Shown here one piece after another: positions 9,912 through 19,259 of a DNA stretch of 59,678 bases (position 1 is the first letter of the stretch; each line of letters opens with the position of its first letter). This DNA comes from Minisyncoccota bacterium (GTDB taxonomy: Bacteria > Patescibacteriota > Minisyncoccia > 2-02-FULL-40-12 > GWA2-44-9): assembly GCA_035583445.1 (NCBI GenBank), contig DATEYD010000039.1, forward strand, positions 1-59,678, in the 5' to 3' direction. The translations under genes and the position numbers were made by a program. The notes below the pieces were generated by a model that saw only the letters and a program-made list of their open reading frames with translations, made no database searches and was not told the DNA's origin.

Positions 9912-12900
9912 ATGAAGCGTACCGTTGCCATATGGCGTAGCGTAGTGTTTGTGGTTGTGGGAGGTTTAATTGCCTTGTATTTTGCGTACTCGATTCCTAC
10001 CGCTGTCCATGCCAATTCGTATTGCGGCAAGACATTTGGCACCGAACAAGGCGGAATCACGGGCAATACCATAACCTTGACCGTGAACGTGCAGAACGGA
10101 CAGCGATTTAGCAATCCAAACATCACGATCAGCGGCTCGATCACATCTGTTCTGGGAATGAGCCAATGGGCGGTAGACAGTAGTGGGAGGTGCACAACGC
10201 CCCCTGGTGCACAATATGAACGAGCGACCATCGGTCCGGTCCGAATACAATTGAATGGAGACTCAGGGAGGTGTGGCAGCGGTGCGACATGCACCAGAAG
10301 CTCCGACAATTCACACGTTAGCTTCTTGCGCTCTGTGACCCTCAGCCCGGGCGCGAACACGATTCACCTTCAGATGCATCATGCGTATGAACGGTACTTT
10401 ATCGACCAAGGCTGCAACGTCGGTGGAGTGCTATGCACGCTTGGTACACGGTCTGAGCCAGCGATACGTGATATCACCGTGTTTTACGATCTGCCTCCGG
10501 AGAATCCGGCCCCGACTACGTTTTCGGTACAGTGTGGTACGGATCGAAATACGCTCACCTGGTCCGCTCTTAGCGCCGGATCCGACCGAAATACAATACT
10601 TCGCTCAGTCGATGGCGGCCTATTCGCATCGATCCAGCACACCACGCCTCTTACGGCGACTAGCTATACGGACCCGGACGTCGCATCGGGTCACTCGTAT
10701 AAATACGTCATTCAGAACTGCGCGAACGGAACGCTGTGCCGATCGAATGAAGTGTCATGCGCAAATAGTTTAGCGCCCGGAATGATTACCGGGATCTGCA
10801 AATGGGTCGATAATCGACCGCAGGTCGTGCTCTCGTGGTCTCAATCGGCACAGTTGCCGAATATCGCAACGACGAATGTTCTCGAAAAAGGTGATGCGTA
10901 CCCGCTTGATCCCACAAAATATTGGGGATCATTGTCGAACGAGCCGGGAATATACCAATACACCGATGCGACTGTCGAGCTGAACACCCAGTATCAGTAC
11001 CGCATCAAATACCGGCCCGATCTTCCATCACAAAATACGTACAACGTCTTCGTCTCAGCAGCGAGCTGTGGTGGTCCGATTCAACCGAACCAGCCTGTTT
11101 CTATTTCTCCTGCTTTTCAGAATGTGAAGCCAAATGTTTCCGCGGTTCTCCGCGCGACCGGCGGAACAGGTGAGTATGAGTGGGATGCTCCCGGAGGCGT
11201 GATTAGCGGCGCAGGATCTGAAATCACCGTATCATTCACGAATCCGGATCCCACGGCTATCACGCGGTACGTCACTGCTCATTCTGGCGGGCAGATCGCC
11301 ATCGCCAACGTGCAAGTCGATGGCGTGGAAACACTGAAGGATACCATCGACCTGTCTGCTGGGGGCGCTGGCATCCTCATCAATGATGGTGATGAACTCA
11401 CCGACGCCCGATCAGTCACCGTAAGGCTGACGCACGGTTTCGCCGCGGTCGCCACGTCGAGCATCACGATGCGAGTGGCAGACTCTGAAGCCGCATTGAA
11501 TACCGTCGCGGCACAGCCGTTCGCACAGACGGTTACCTGGGATTTGTGCGGCAACAACGCCGACTGTCCAGAAGCACCGTACCGCGTGTATGCCCGGTTT
11601 GACACGCCTACCAACGACGTCACGCATGGCCCAACGTTCGACGAGATTTCGCTCCAGATCGCGATCCCTGAATCCATCGCGAGTGTAATCATCGATGGGG
11701 GAGCAATCCAGGCAGACGACAGGACGGTTACCCTCTCGCTCTGGCATGGATTCGAAGGCATTGCTGACGGCGATGTCTTGGTCCAGCTGGCGAACCGAGC
11801 GGACCTCTTGGCTGACGCCTATCCGTTCCCTTACCAGTCATCCGCGGTGTGGGATCTCTGTGCAGGGCCGGATCCGGTCTGTGCCGATGGTGATCATAAG
11901 GTGTTCGCCCGATTCATCAATGTGCGTGACGGCCGCTATCTGGATGCCTCGGACAGCATCTTCTACGACTCACCATGGCCGGATTGGGGAGTTCGCATCA
12001 ACAATGACGCAGCGTCGGCCGATTCGTCGAATGTACAGCTGACCCTCAACCCGGTGTTCGCCGCGGGAGGCACGCAGATGTCAGTCAGCAACCGAGCCGA
12101 TTTCTCCGATGCAATGCCGATTCCGTATCTCGGGACATTCACATGGGATCTCTGCGATGGCATCGATGCGGCGTGCGGTCCTGGCACCGCTCTGCCACAT
12201 ACGGTGTATATGCGGTTCGAGTCGCTCGCGACCGGCTCCTGGCCGGGTCCGCGATCGCCTGCATATCGCGATGACATTCTCGTCAGCGGCATACCGACCC
12301 CATTACCAGGACCGGCAGCGGTCCTCATCAATGACGGGGCGGCTTCTACCATGTCTCGGCGCGTCACCCTGACGTTGGCGGAGCCGTTCGGCGGGAGTGG
12401 TGTCACCATGCGGCCAGTGAATGTAATAGCGCTGACCGAACGCGACCGCGAAGTGATCAGGGATTTGCATGGCGGCGGATTGCCCGGCGAGGAGGGCGCC
12501 CGATCTCCGCTTTGGGTGAGCCCGCAGGAGCGGGTGACGCAAGGGTATTCGACGAGTCCTGCCAGCGGGGTGAACCAAGGTGCAGGACGATCGTTCCCCA
12601 TCCTCACGGATACCGGACTGAGCGTGGAGGAGTTGGAATCGGTGTCAGAGCGTGCCTTCGTGCCGAGCATCGATGAGTGGGATCTGTGCGGGAATGCAGC
12701 GGTCTGTCCTCTCGGGGAATATGCTGTCTTCGTCCAGTACTACAAGCGCGCCACGCTTACTGGAAGTCTCGGTTCGTTTGCCGAGGTGTCCGACCTCATT
12801 TCCGAGATCTATTTCGATACCGTCCAACTCGGTCCTACACCCACGCCAACGCCGACCCCGACGGAATCACCGACCCCAACGCCGACTGCGACCGCATCAC

Positions 12901-13979
12901 CGACGACGACTGCCGTGCCCACGGGAACCGTGTCTCCCGGACCGGGCGCATCGCCCTCGCCGACCGACGGGCAACCGCCCGGCTGGGTCCCGGATGCGAT
13001 CTCTGATGCGCTCGACAAGCTCACGCAGGCTGTCGAGCCGGCGCAAGACGTCGTTGCTCCGCTGTCGGTCGCTTCCGCAGCTGCGGTGGCCGTGTCCGTC
13101 GTTGCCGCCGCATCCGCGCTCGCATCGGGTTCCAGCGTCGCCGCAGTGGCATCAGCAGGCTGGCAATGGTTTATGGGGCTTCTGGGGCTGCTCCCCAAGC
13201 GCAAGAAGGTCTGGGGCACGGTATATAACGCGCAAACCAAACGTCCGATCCCGTTCGTTCGGGTCCAGCTCCTGGACCGCAATCGGCGCGTGCTCGAGGT
13301 CCGTATCGCTGATAAGGACGGTCGGTACGGATTCCTGACCACACCCGATTCACTGCATGCGCAGAACATCCAAATATCGATCGCGCCATCTGCGCCGGGC
13401 TATTCCTTTCCGGCACATACGAGCGCGACCATCGATACGTTCGTGTACAACAACCTCTATTACGGCGATCTCATCGCGGTGAGCCAGGACACGCTCGTGA
13501 ACTTCGACATCCCCATGGATCCTGTAAGGCCTGCGGCTGCGCCTTTATTCGCAACGTCGCCCTCCATCGCGTTGGGCGCATCGGTGGCCGCAATCGCTGA
13601 TGCGGGATTCTGGCTCGGATTGATCATGGTCCCGTTGAATTTCCTGATCACACCCAATCCGTTCACGTTCAGTACCGTGTGCCTATTCCTCGGCGCAGTT
13701 TCGCTGCGCATTTGGGGGGTGACTCCTCGGCCGTTCGGGACAGTCGTCGATGCGCAGACCGGACGGCCCATGCCGTTCGCGCTCGTAACGCTCAATGATT
13801 TGAACGGACGACGTGTCGCCTTTGCTGTGTCTGACGAGCAGGGACGATGGGTGATGACTGCAGAGCGGGGGAGTTATGAACTGAGCGCCGTCACGCCGGC
13901 AACGATCCAGCCGCCACGGCAATCGCGTGCTACCATCAAGGTGAAGAAAGGATGGATTACCCGAGAGATCAACGTATGA
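9912..13979 (+). CDS. large membrane-anchored surface protein (FN3/Ig-like region, four WDLC beta-sandwich repeats, PT linker, C-terminal TM plus double CarboxypepD_reg-like module)
   Basis: 1355 aa with an N-terminal hydrophobic anchor. It has repeats ending in WDLC..C..G...V.ARF, a PTPTPTPT linker, and the motifs KKVWGTVYNAQTKRPIPFVRVQLLD and RPFGTVVDAQTGRPMPFALVTLND. Confidence 0.85.
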   Translation: MKRTVAIWRSVVFVVVGGLIALYFAYSIPTAVHANSYCGKTFGTEQGGITGNTITLTVNVQNGQRFSNPNITISGSITSVLGMSQWAVDSSGRCTTPPGAQYERATIGPVRIQLNGDSGRCGSGATCTRSSDNSHVSFLRSVTLSPGANTIHLQMHHAYERYFIDQGCNVGGVLCTLGTRSEPAIRDITVFYDLPPENPAPTTFSVQCGTDRNTLTWSALSAGSDRNTILRSVDGGLFASIQHTTPLTATSYTDPDVASGHSYKYVIQNCANGTLCRSNEVSCANSLAPGMITGICKWVDNRPQVVLSWSQSAQLPNIATTNVLEKGDAYPLDPTKYWGSLSNEPGIYQYTDATVELNTQYQYRIKYRPDLPSQNTYNVFVSAASCGGPIQPNQPVSISPAFQNVKPNVSAVLRATGGTGEYEWDAPGGVISGAGSEITVSFTNPDPTAITRYVTAHSGGQIAIANVQVDGVETLKDTIDLSAGGAGILINDGDELTDARSVTVRLTHGFAAVATSSITMRVADSEAALNTVAAQPFAQTVTWDLCGNNADCPEAPYRVYARFDTPTNDVTHGPTFDEISLQIAIPESIASVIIDGGAIQADDRTVTLSLWHGFEGIADGDVLVQLANRADLLADAYPFPYQSSAVWDLCAGPDPVCADGDHKVFARFINVRDGRYLDASDSIFYDSPWPDWGVRINNDAASADSSNVQLTLNPVFAAGGTQMSVSNRADFSDAMPIPYLGTFTWDLCDGIDAACGPGTALPHTVYMRFESLATGSWPGPRSPAYRDDILVSGIPTPLPGPAAVLINDGAASTMSRRVTLTLAEPFGGSGVTMRPVNVIALTERDREVIRDLHGGGLPGEEGARSPLWVSPQERVTQGYSTSPASGVNQGAGRSFPILTDTGLSVEELESVSERAFVPSIDEWDLCGNAAVCPLGEYAVFVQYYKRATLTGSLGSFAEVSDLISEIYFDTVQLGPTPTPTPTPTESPTPTPTATASPTTTAVPTGTVSPGPGASPSPTDGQPPGWVPDAISDALDKLTQAVEPAQDVVAPLSVASAAAVAVSVVAAASALASGSSVAAVASAGWQWFMGLLGLLPKRKKVWGTVYNAQTKRPIPFVRVQLLDRNRRVLEVRIADKDGRYGFLTTPDSLHAQNIQISIAPSAPGYSFPAHTSATIDTFVYNNLYYGDLIAVSQDTLVNFDIPMDPVRPAAAPLFATSPSIALGASVAAIADAGFWLGLIMVPLNFLITPNPFTFSTVCLFLGAVSLRIWGVTPRPFGTVVDAQTGRPMPFALVTLNDLNGRRVAFAVSDEQGRWVMTAERGSYELSAVTPATIQPPRQSRATIKVKKGWITREINV

Positions 13980-16900
13980 AAATCAGGCACCACAATCCGC
14001 TGCACATCGTCGCGGTCGCTGGACTGGTGATGGTCTTGGTTGCTGCATACCAGGATCCTGACCTCTCACGGTATCTGGTGCACTGGCCAGGCACGGGACA
14101 CGCGGACTTTAGCGAGGACGCAACGGATGTGCTGGGGCAAGTCGATGGTGCGGACACGCCATACTTCACAGTGAACGGCGTGGATAACCAACCCAATGCC
14201 CGGAGTATGGGATTAGCATTCTCAGTCGCCATCGATGCGGTTGGCCACCGACTTTTCGCTACTGATTCCTTGGGCAATAACCGAGTTCTGGTGTTCAACC
14301 TTGACGTAAATAATCAGCTAACCGATTCGATCGCCGATGCAGTCCTTGGGCAGCCCGATTTCAAAAGCAACGACCCCGATCTCTCCATATCAGGTCTCGA
14401 TGAATCGTCCGCCGTGGCATATGACCCCGACACACAACTATTGTATGTGGAAGATATGAATAACGCTCGTATCGTCGTGTACGACGTTACTTCGATCACG
14501 AACGGTGAAGATGCGGTATACGTCATTGGCCAGGATTCATTTACTGAGTTCGACGGGTTCCAAACGACCGCTTGGCACTTCGACTTCAGCGGCGGACTTC
14601 CGGGGCATCTTGCCATAGATAGTGAGGGTGGCCGTTTGTTCGTCGCCGACAGCGATGGAGAGCGTGTCCTCGTATTTGATGTATCGCTTGCGAATCTTGC
14701 CAGCGAGGCAAATGGGCTCGATGATGGCATACTGATGAATGCTGAGTACGTCATCGGTCAGCCGGACTTCGACACCGCAGAGGGAGGGCTTGTCGATATT
14801 CAAACCACAAACCTCCCCTTAGGCGTCGCATTCCTCGCGTCGGACTCACAGGATTTGCTCTTCGTCGCAGACTCCGGCAATCACCGAATCCTTGTGTTCG
14901 ATGTAACACCGGGAACGCTGGTGAACCAACCGAACGCGATCCGTGTCCTAGGTCACTCGGACTTCGATACACAGACGAACGGTACCAGCTCGACGGAGAT
15001 GTGGGTTCCTGCGGGATTGAGCATTGATGAATCCGGCCCTCGCCTGTTCATTGCGGAGCGGGACAATAACCGCGTTACCGTCTTCGATATTTCCTCAATC
15101 GATAACGGTGAAGCGGCGGTCGGGGTTCTTGGGCAGGAAGACCTTGACTCGAATGGTGCTCAAGTAGCGAGTGACGGATTCGAGTGGCCATACGGCATCG
15201 CATACGACGGAACATCCTCGCGGCTATTCGTCGCGGACTCGTCGAATCGTCGCATCCTCGAATTCGATGTAGCGACAGTCATAAATGGTGAAGAAGCGGT
15301 GGGTGGGCTTGGGCATCTGGATGAGAGCGATAGCATGGTATTCACGACCAGTTCCACAACCAACCCGCAGGGCATGAACACGAATAACGGGAGTACGGGG
15401 GTAGCGCTTGATGATACGAACCACCGGTTGTTCGTTTCCGATTCTCTGAACGCTCGCGTGCTCGTTTTCGAGCTCGATGTCGATAACACACCCGTCGATC
15501 ATACGGCGGATTTTGTGCTTGGGCAGCCGGACTTCTTCACGATTGATGCGGGTGTCACCCAGACGAAGCTGACGTTGCCGCTGGGCCTGGCGTACGATCC
15601 AACCAACGATCGCCTGTTCGTTGCTGATTCTGCGAGCCATCGTGTCATGGTGTTTGATACGGCCGCAATCACGAACGGTGAAGGCGCCATCAATGTCGTT
15701 GGTCAGTTAGATTTCTCATCATCGGATTTCTCCGTCGATCAAATTCATCTGAACAACCCGAGCGGAGTCGCATACGATCCAACGACGGATCGCCTGTTTG
15801 TAGCGGACACGGACCATAATCGGGTTATGGTATTCGATGCAGACCCGGCAGTGCTCATCCCGAATGTCACGAATGGGCCGCTTGCGGTCAATGAGCTAGG
15901 GCAAGACGATAGCGATGAGAGCGGAGATTATTACGATACCTCAAACTCCGCTACCAGCCTGCTAGGGATGAGTTCACCGATCGACGTTACGTTGGATGAA
16001 GGCGAACAGCGGCTCTTCGTCAGTGATCGCGATAATAATCGCGTGACCGTGTTCGATGTCGACACGACCGTTCTGATTCCTGACGATGACCCGGACAACG
16101 GCACGAATGGGCCGAATGCCATCAATGTGCTTGGACAGCCGGATTTCAGTAGCTGGTCGAGTTGTGGAACCCCCGACGCAAGCTGTTTCGATACGCCCAA
16201 CGGCATTTTCTACGATGCCGCGACGGGTGATCTATTGGTCGCCGATTATAACAACAATCGCATCCTCGAATTCAGTGCCGCGTCAGGCTCACTGTCAAAC
16301 GATGATGATGCTGTCGAAGTGTGGGGGCAGCCGGATTTCGCAACAAACGACGGGCACTCAACGACTCAATCCGGGTTCTCTTCGCCAACGAGTGTGGTGA
16401 GGGGTTCGCCGATGTACGTCGTTGATGGCGGAAATAACCGAGTCGTGATCTTTGGGACGGTCTCCAGCACACCAACACCCGGAGGACAAATCGGCAATCC
16501 GATTTACTATCCTCCCGGATATACCGGATTCTTCCCCATTCGTATCACGGTGAACGATGACGATTCATCGACCGACTCACGCAATGTGATTGTGCAGGTG
16601 TACGCGGACTTTACTGACTCATTCGCAGGCACCGTCGATCTCATGCTTTCGAATGTTCCTGATTTCTCGACGTTCCTGCCGTTCCGGTATGTCATCAACA
16701 ATGCAGTTAGCGACCGCCTCGCGTGGCCCAAGACCATTTCCTGGGATCTGTGCTTTGGGCTTCCGGCTGATCAGCCATGTAATCCGGGCCAGAAGACCGT
16801 CTATGCCCGATTCTACCCGAACATCCCACAACCGACACCCGCGCGCATAACACCAACTCCAATACTCAGGGTATCGCCGACCGCCACTCTAACGCCCACG

Positions 16901-17134
16901 CCAGTGATGACGACCATCATTCCGAAACCCGTTTGTCCTACGAACTGTCGGCAACTTGGCCTGTACGAGCCAGGGGAGGTGACTGAGACAGGCTGCACAT
17001 CGCCCGGGCCGTGGGGGTACAACACCTGCCTGCGTTCTGATCCATCGGTGACATGCAAGACGATTCATCGTGCCGCAGGTCCAAATTGCTACGTGCCAAA
17101 CCAACATACAAACTACTGCTTCAGATGCCCGTAA
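13976..17134 (+). CDS. NHL-repeat surface protein (about 12 blades), one WDLC repeat, Cys-rich C-terminus
   Basis: ORF 13952..17134. The ATG at 13976 forms an ATGA overlap with the upstream stop; the alternative start is 13952. There is a TM segment after the start. I count 12 motifs of the type LFVADSxNxRVxVFD. The protein ends with an 8-Cys tail. Confidence 0.85.
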   Translation: MKIRHHNPLHIVAVAGLVMVLVAAYQDPDLSRYLVHWPGTGHADFSEDATDVLGQVDGADTPYFTVNGVDNQPNARSMGLAFSVAIDAVGHRLFATDSLGNNRVLVFNLDVNNQLTDSIADAVLGQPDFKSNDPDLSISGLDESSAVAYDPDTQLLYVEDMNNARIVVYDVTSITNGEDAVYVIGQDSFTEFDGFQTTAWHFDFSGGLPGHLAIDSEGGRLFVADSDGERVLVFDVSLANLASEANGLDDGILMNAEYVIGQPDFDTAEGGLVDIQTTNLPLGVAFLASDSQDLLFVADSGNHRILVFDVTPGTLVNQPNAIRVLGHSDFDTQTNGTSSTEMWVPAGLSIDESGPRLFIAERDNNRVTVFDISSIDNGEAAVGVLGQEDLDSNGAQVASDGFEWPYGIAYDGTSSRLFVADSSNRRILEFDVATVINGEEAVGGLGHLDESDSMVFTTSSTTNPQGMNTNNGSTGVALDDTNHRLFVSDSLNARVLVFELDVDNTPVDHTADFVLGQPDFFTIDAGVTQTKLTLPLGLAYDPTNDRLFVADSASHRVMVFDTAAITNGEGAINVVGQLDFSSSDFSVDQIHLNNPSGVAYDPTTDRLFVADTDHNRVMVFDADPAVLIPNVTNGPLAVNELGQDDSDESGDYYDTSNSATSLLGMSSPIDVTLDEGEQRLFVSDRDNNRVTVFDVDTTVLIPDDDPDNGTNGPNAINVLGQPDFSSWSSCGTPDASCFDTPNGIFYDAATGDLLVADYNNNRILEFSAASGSLSNDDDAVEVWGQPDFATNDGHSTTQSGFSSPTSVVRGSPMYVVDGGNNRVVIFGTVSSTPTPGGQIGNPIYYPPGYTGFFPIRITVNDDDSSTDSRNVIVQVYADFTDSFAGTVDLMLSNVPDFSTFLPFRYVINNAVSDRLAWPKTISWDLCFGLPADQPCNPGQKTVYARFYPNIPQPTPARITPTPILRVSPTATLTPTPVMTTIIPKPVCPTNCRQLGLYEPGEVTETGCTSPGPWGYNTCLRSDPSVTCKTIHRAAGPNCYVPNQHTNYCFRCP

Positions 17135-18699
17135 AGAAGCTGTTCCTCATCATCGTCGACGGATTCGGACTGGCTGGGCCTGAACCTGGCAATGCGATTC
17201 TGAAGGCAGGGATGCCCTACGTCGACTCCCTTATTGCCAAATACCCGGCGCTTTCTGTCGCGGCAGCAGGGCTTGTAGTAGGTCTTCCGTGGGGGCAGCC
17301 GGGTAACTCGGAAGTTGGTCACTCTGCCATCGGTACTGGGCGCATCGTGATTCAGGATTTGGCGCATATCAACGGGGAGATCAGGCGCGGCAACTTCTAC
17401 AAGAACCCAGCCCTTCTGGAGGCAGTGGAACATGCAAAAAAGAACGACTCTGCGCTACATTTGATGGGCTGCACAAGCCCAGGAGGCATTCATTCCCACG
17501 TCGACCACCTCATTGCCCTTATCGAGCTCGCCCAACGCCACAAAGTGGGCAAAATATTCGTCCATTTCATTGCTGATGGCCAGGACATGCCACCCCAGGA
17601 TTCGATCAATGTGCTCCAGATGCTCGAACCGTACCTCCAAAAGGCTGGCGCGCGTATCGCATCAGTACAGGGTCGCAGTTATGCCATGGACCGTATTAAT
17701 AACTGGGCACTAACCGAGAAGGTGTGGCATGCAGCGGCGCTTGGAGATGCGCCAGGCATCGACAATGTGACCGAGTATATCCGATCCCAGTACACAAGGG
17801 GGGAGACGGACTATTCGATGGCACCAGTGACCGTAAAAGAGGGCGGGACTCCCGTAGGAGCACTACTGGACAACGATTCATTCATATTCTTTGACTTCCG
17901 CAACGATCGGGTGCGGCAACTGGCCGCTCCATTTATCATGAGCGACAAATTTGAATCTTTCGACCGAGTACGTACACCGAATAATGTCAAAGTCGTAACA
18001 ATGACGAAATATGCGGAAGATTACGACGTTCCGGTAGCATATCCGGCACCCAACCTACAGATGACATTAGGTCAAGTCATCGCGGACGCCGGATGGCAGC
18101 AGTGGCGCATTGCAGAGAAGGAGAAGGAAGCCCACGTAACGAATTTCTTTAATGGAGGCCGTGTTTTGCCATTTAACGGTGAGCAGCGGGATATAGTATC
18201 CTCCCGTATGATGAAGGGCAAAGAATACATTGAGCATCCGGAGATGTCGGCGCACCAAATCGCATCGTCAATAAAGGCTAAAGTTAGCGATGATGCTAGG
18301 CTATTTGTGATAAACATCGCAAATCTTGACATGATTGGGCATACCGGCGACCTCGACGCCACCGTAAACGCTGTCCATGTCGTGGACGATTGTATCAGGG
18401 ATATCGTCGAAGAGATCAAAAAGAACAAGGAATGTGGCGTTGTAATCACCGCGGACCACGGAAATGCCGAGGAACTCATCGATCCGCTCACAGGGAAAGG
18501 TGATACCCAGCACTCGACTAGAAACGTACCAGCAATATTTATATCCGAAGAACTCACGGGAAAGGGGGACGTAGCCAAAAATCTCGAAATATTAGCTGGC
18601 GAGGCTCCGATAGGCACGCTTGTGGATATCGCACCCACCGTTCTAGCTATGATGGGCCTTGAAAAGCCGACGGAAATGACGGGATCACGATTGATCTGA
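17125..18699 (+). CDS. gpmI: 2,3-bisphosphoglycerate-independent phosphoglycerate mutase
   Basis: The protein starts MPVKKLFLIIVDGFGLAG and also contains SEVGH and ITADHGNAE motifs. The ATG at 17125 overlaps the upstream gene by 10 nt; the ORF track start at 17053 lies inside the previous gene. Confidence 0.9.
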   Translation: MPVKKLFLIIVDGFGLAGPEPGNAILKAGMPYVDSLIAKYPALSVAAAGLVVGLPWGQPGNSEVGHSAIGTGRIVIQDLAHINGEIRRGNFYKNPALLEAVEHAKKNDSALHLMGCTSPGGIHSHVDHLIALIELAQRHKVGKIFVHFIADGQDMPPQDSINVLQMLEPYLQKAGARIASVQGRSYAMDRINNWALTEKVWHAAALGDAPGIDNVTEYIRSQYTRGETDYSMAPVTVKEGGTPVGALLDNDSFIFFDFRNDRVRQLAAPFIMSDKFESFDRVRTPNNVKVVTMTKYAEDYDVPVAYPAPNLQMTLGQVIADAGWQQWRIAEKEKEAHVTNFFNGGRVLPFNGEQRDIVSSRMMKGKEYIEHPEMSAHQIASSIKAKVSDDARLFVINIANLDMIGHTGDLDATVNAVHVVDDCIRDIVEEIKKNKECGVVITADHGNAEELIDPLTGKGDTQHSTRNVPAIFISEELTGKGDVAKNLEILAGEAPIGTLVDIAPTVLAMMGLEKPTEMTGSRLI

Positions 18700-18839
18700 T
18701 TTCTGTCTATATTGGGACTAGGTATAAACAGAAGATAAGGCAACGCAAAATTAGTAATATTATAGGGAAGCCATAAGTAAGTATATTAGGATATATATAC
18801 TACTAAATCCATTGTAAATATTGGTAGAGACGAATTAGC

Positions 18840-18853
18840 CAGCAATATTGCTG
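18840..18853. promoter_or_regulatory. perfect 14-bp palindrome CAGCAATATTGCTG in a 280-nt AT-rich gap
   Basis: Read directly. Confidence 0.3.
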
Positions 18854-18963
18854 TAATAGGGAAACTCCTGTCAGAGACATCATGAATAACGTCTGACACT
18901 GAAGATCCGTTAGGAATTAGTAAGTCTCGACCGTGCTGACGTGTAAGATGTTGGCTCATGGCG

Positions 18964-18972
18964 TGATAAAAT
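18964..18972 (+). promoter_or_regulatory. extended -10 TGATAAAAT, 8 nt before the ATG at 18981
   Basis: Read directly. There is no SD, which implies a leaderless start. Confidence 0.4.
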
Positions 18973-18980
18973 GAATTGTC

Positions 18981-19259
18981 ATGCCAGTAGAGCATAACGC
19001 ACATCGGCTCATACGATCGGCCGCCATTGTTAGTGGTTCTGTAGTTGTGATCGTCGGAGTATACGCCATGACCGGAGCAGGCTCGACGCAACCTCCGGAC
19101 GTGCCAACTGTAGGAACGTATCGTGATCAATCATCAATATTCGATGCTATCGCAAGTGAGACGTACGATTCCTCATTGATTACTGCCGATCCGAACGGCA
19201 GCGCGTTCGAGATCGCGAAATGCATCATCGGGAAGATTACAGGAGGATCATGTCCATAG
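18981..19259 (+). CDS. small membrane-anchored protein resembling the N-terminal cassette of the 21577 gene
   Basis: 92 aa with a TM segment. IFDAIASETYDSSLITADPNGS here compares with IFDSVASDSYDSSGITADQNGS in the 21577 product. Confidence 0.5.
   Translation: MPVEHNAHRLIRSAAIVSGSVVVIVGVYAMTGAGSTQPPDVPTVGTYRDQSSIFDAIASETYDSSLITADPNGSAFEIAKCIIGKITGGSCP

Noticed and set aside
18786-19130. 114-aa minus-strand ORF in the AT-rich gap
   Set aside because: It overlaps the better-supported plus-strand small ORF and its promoter. It has an odd composition and no SD or promoter of its own.
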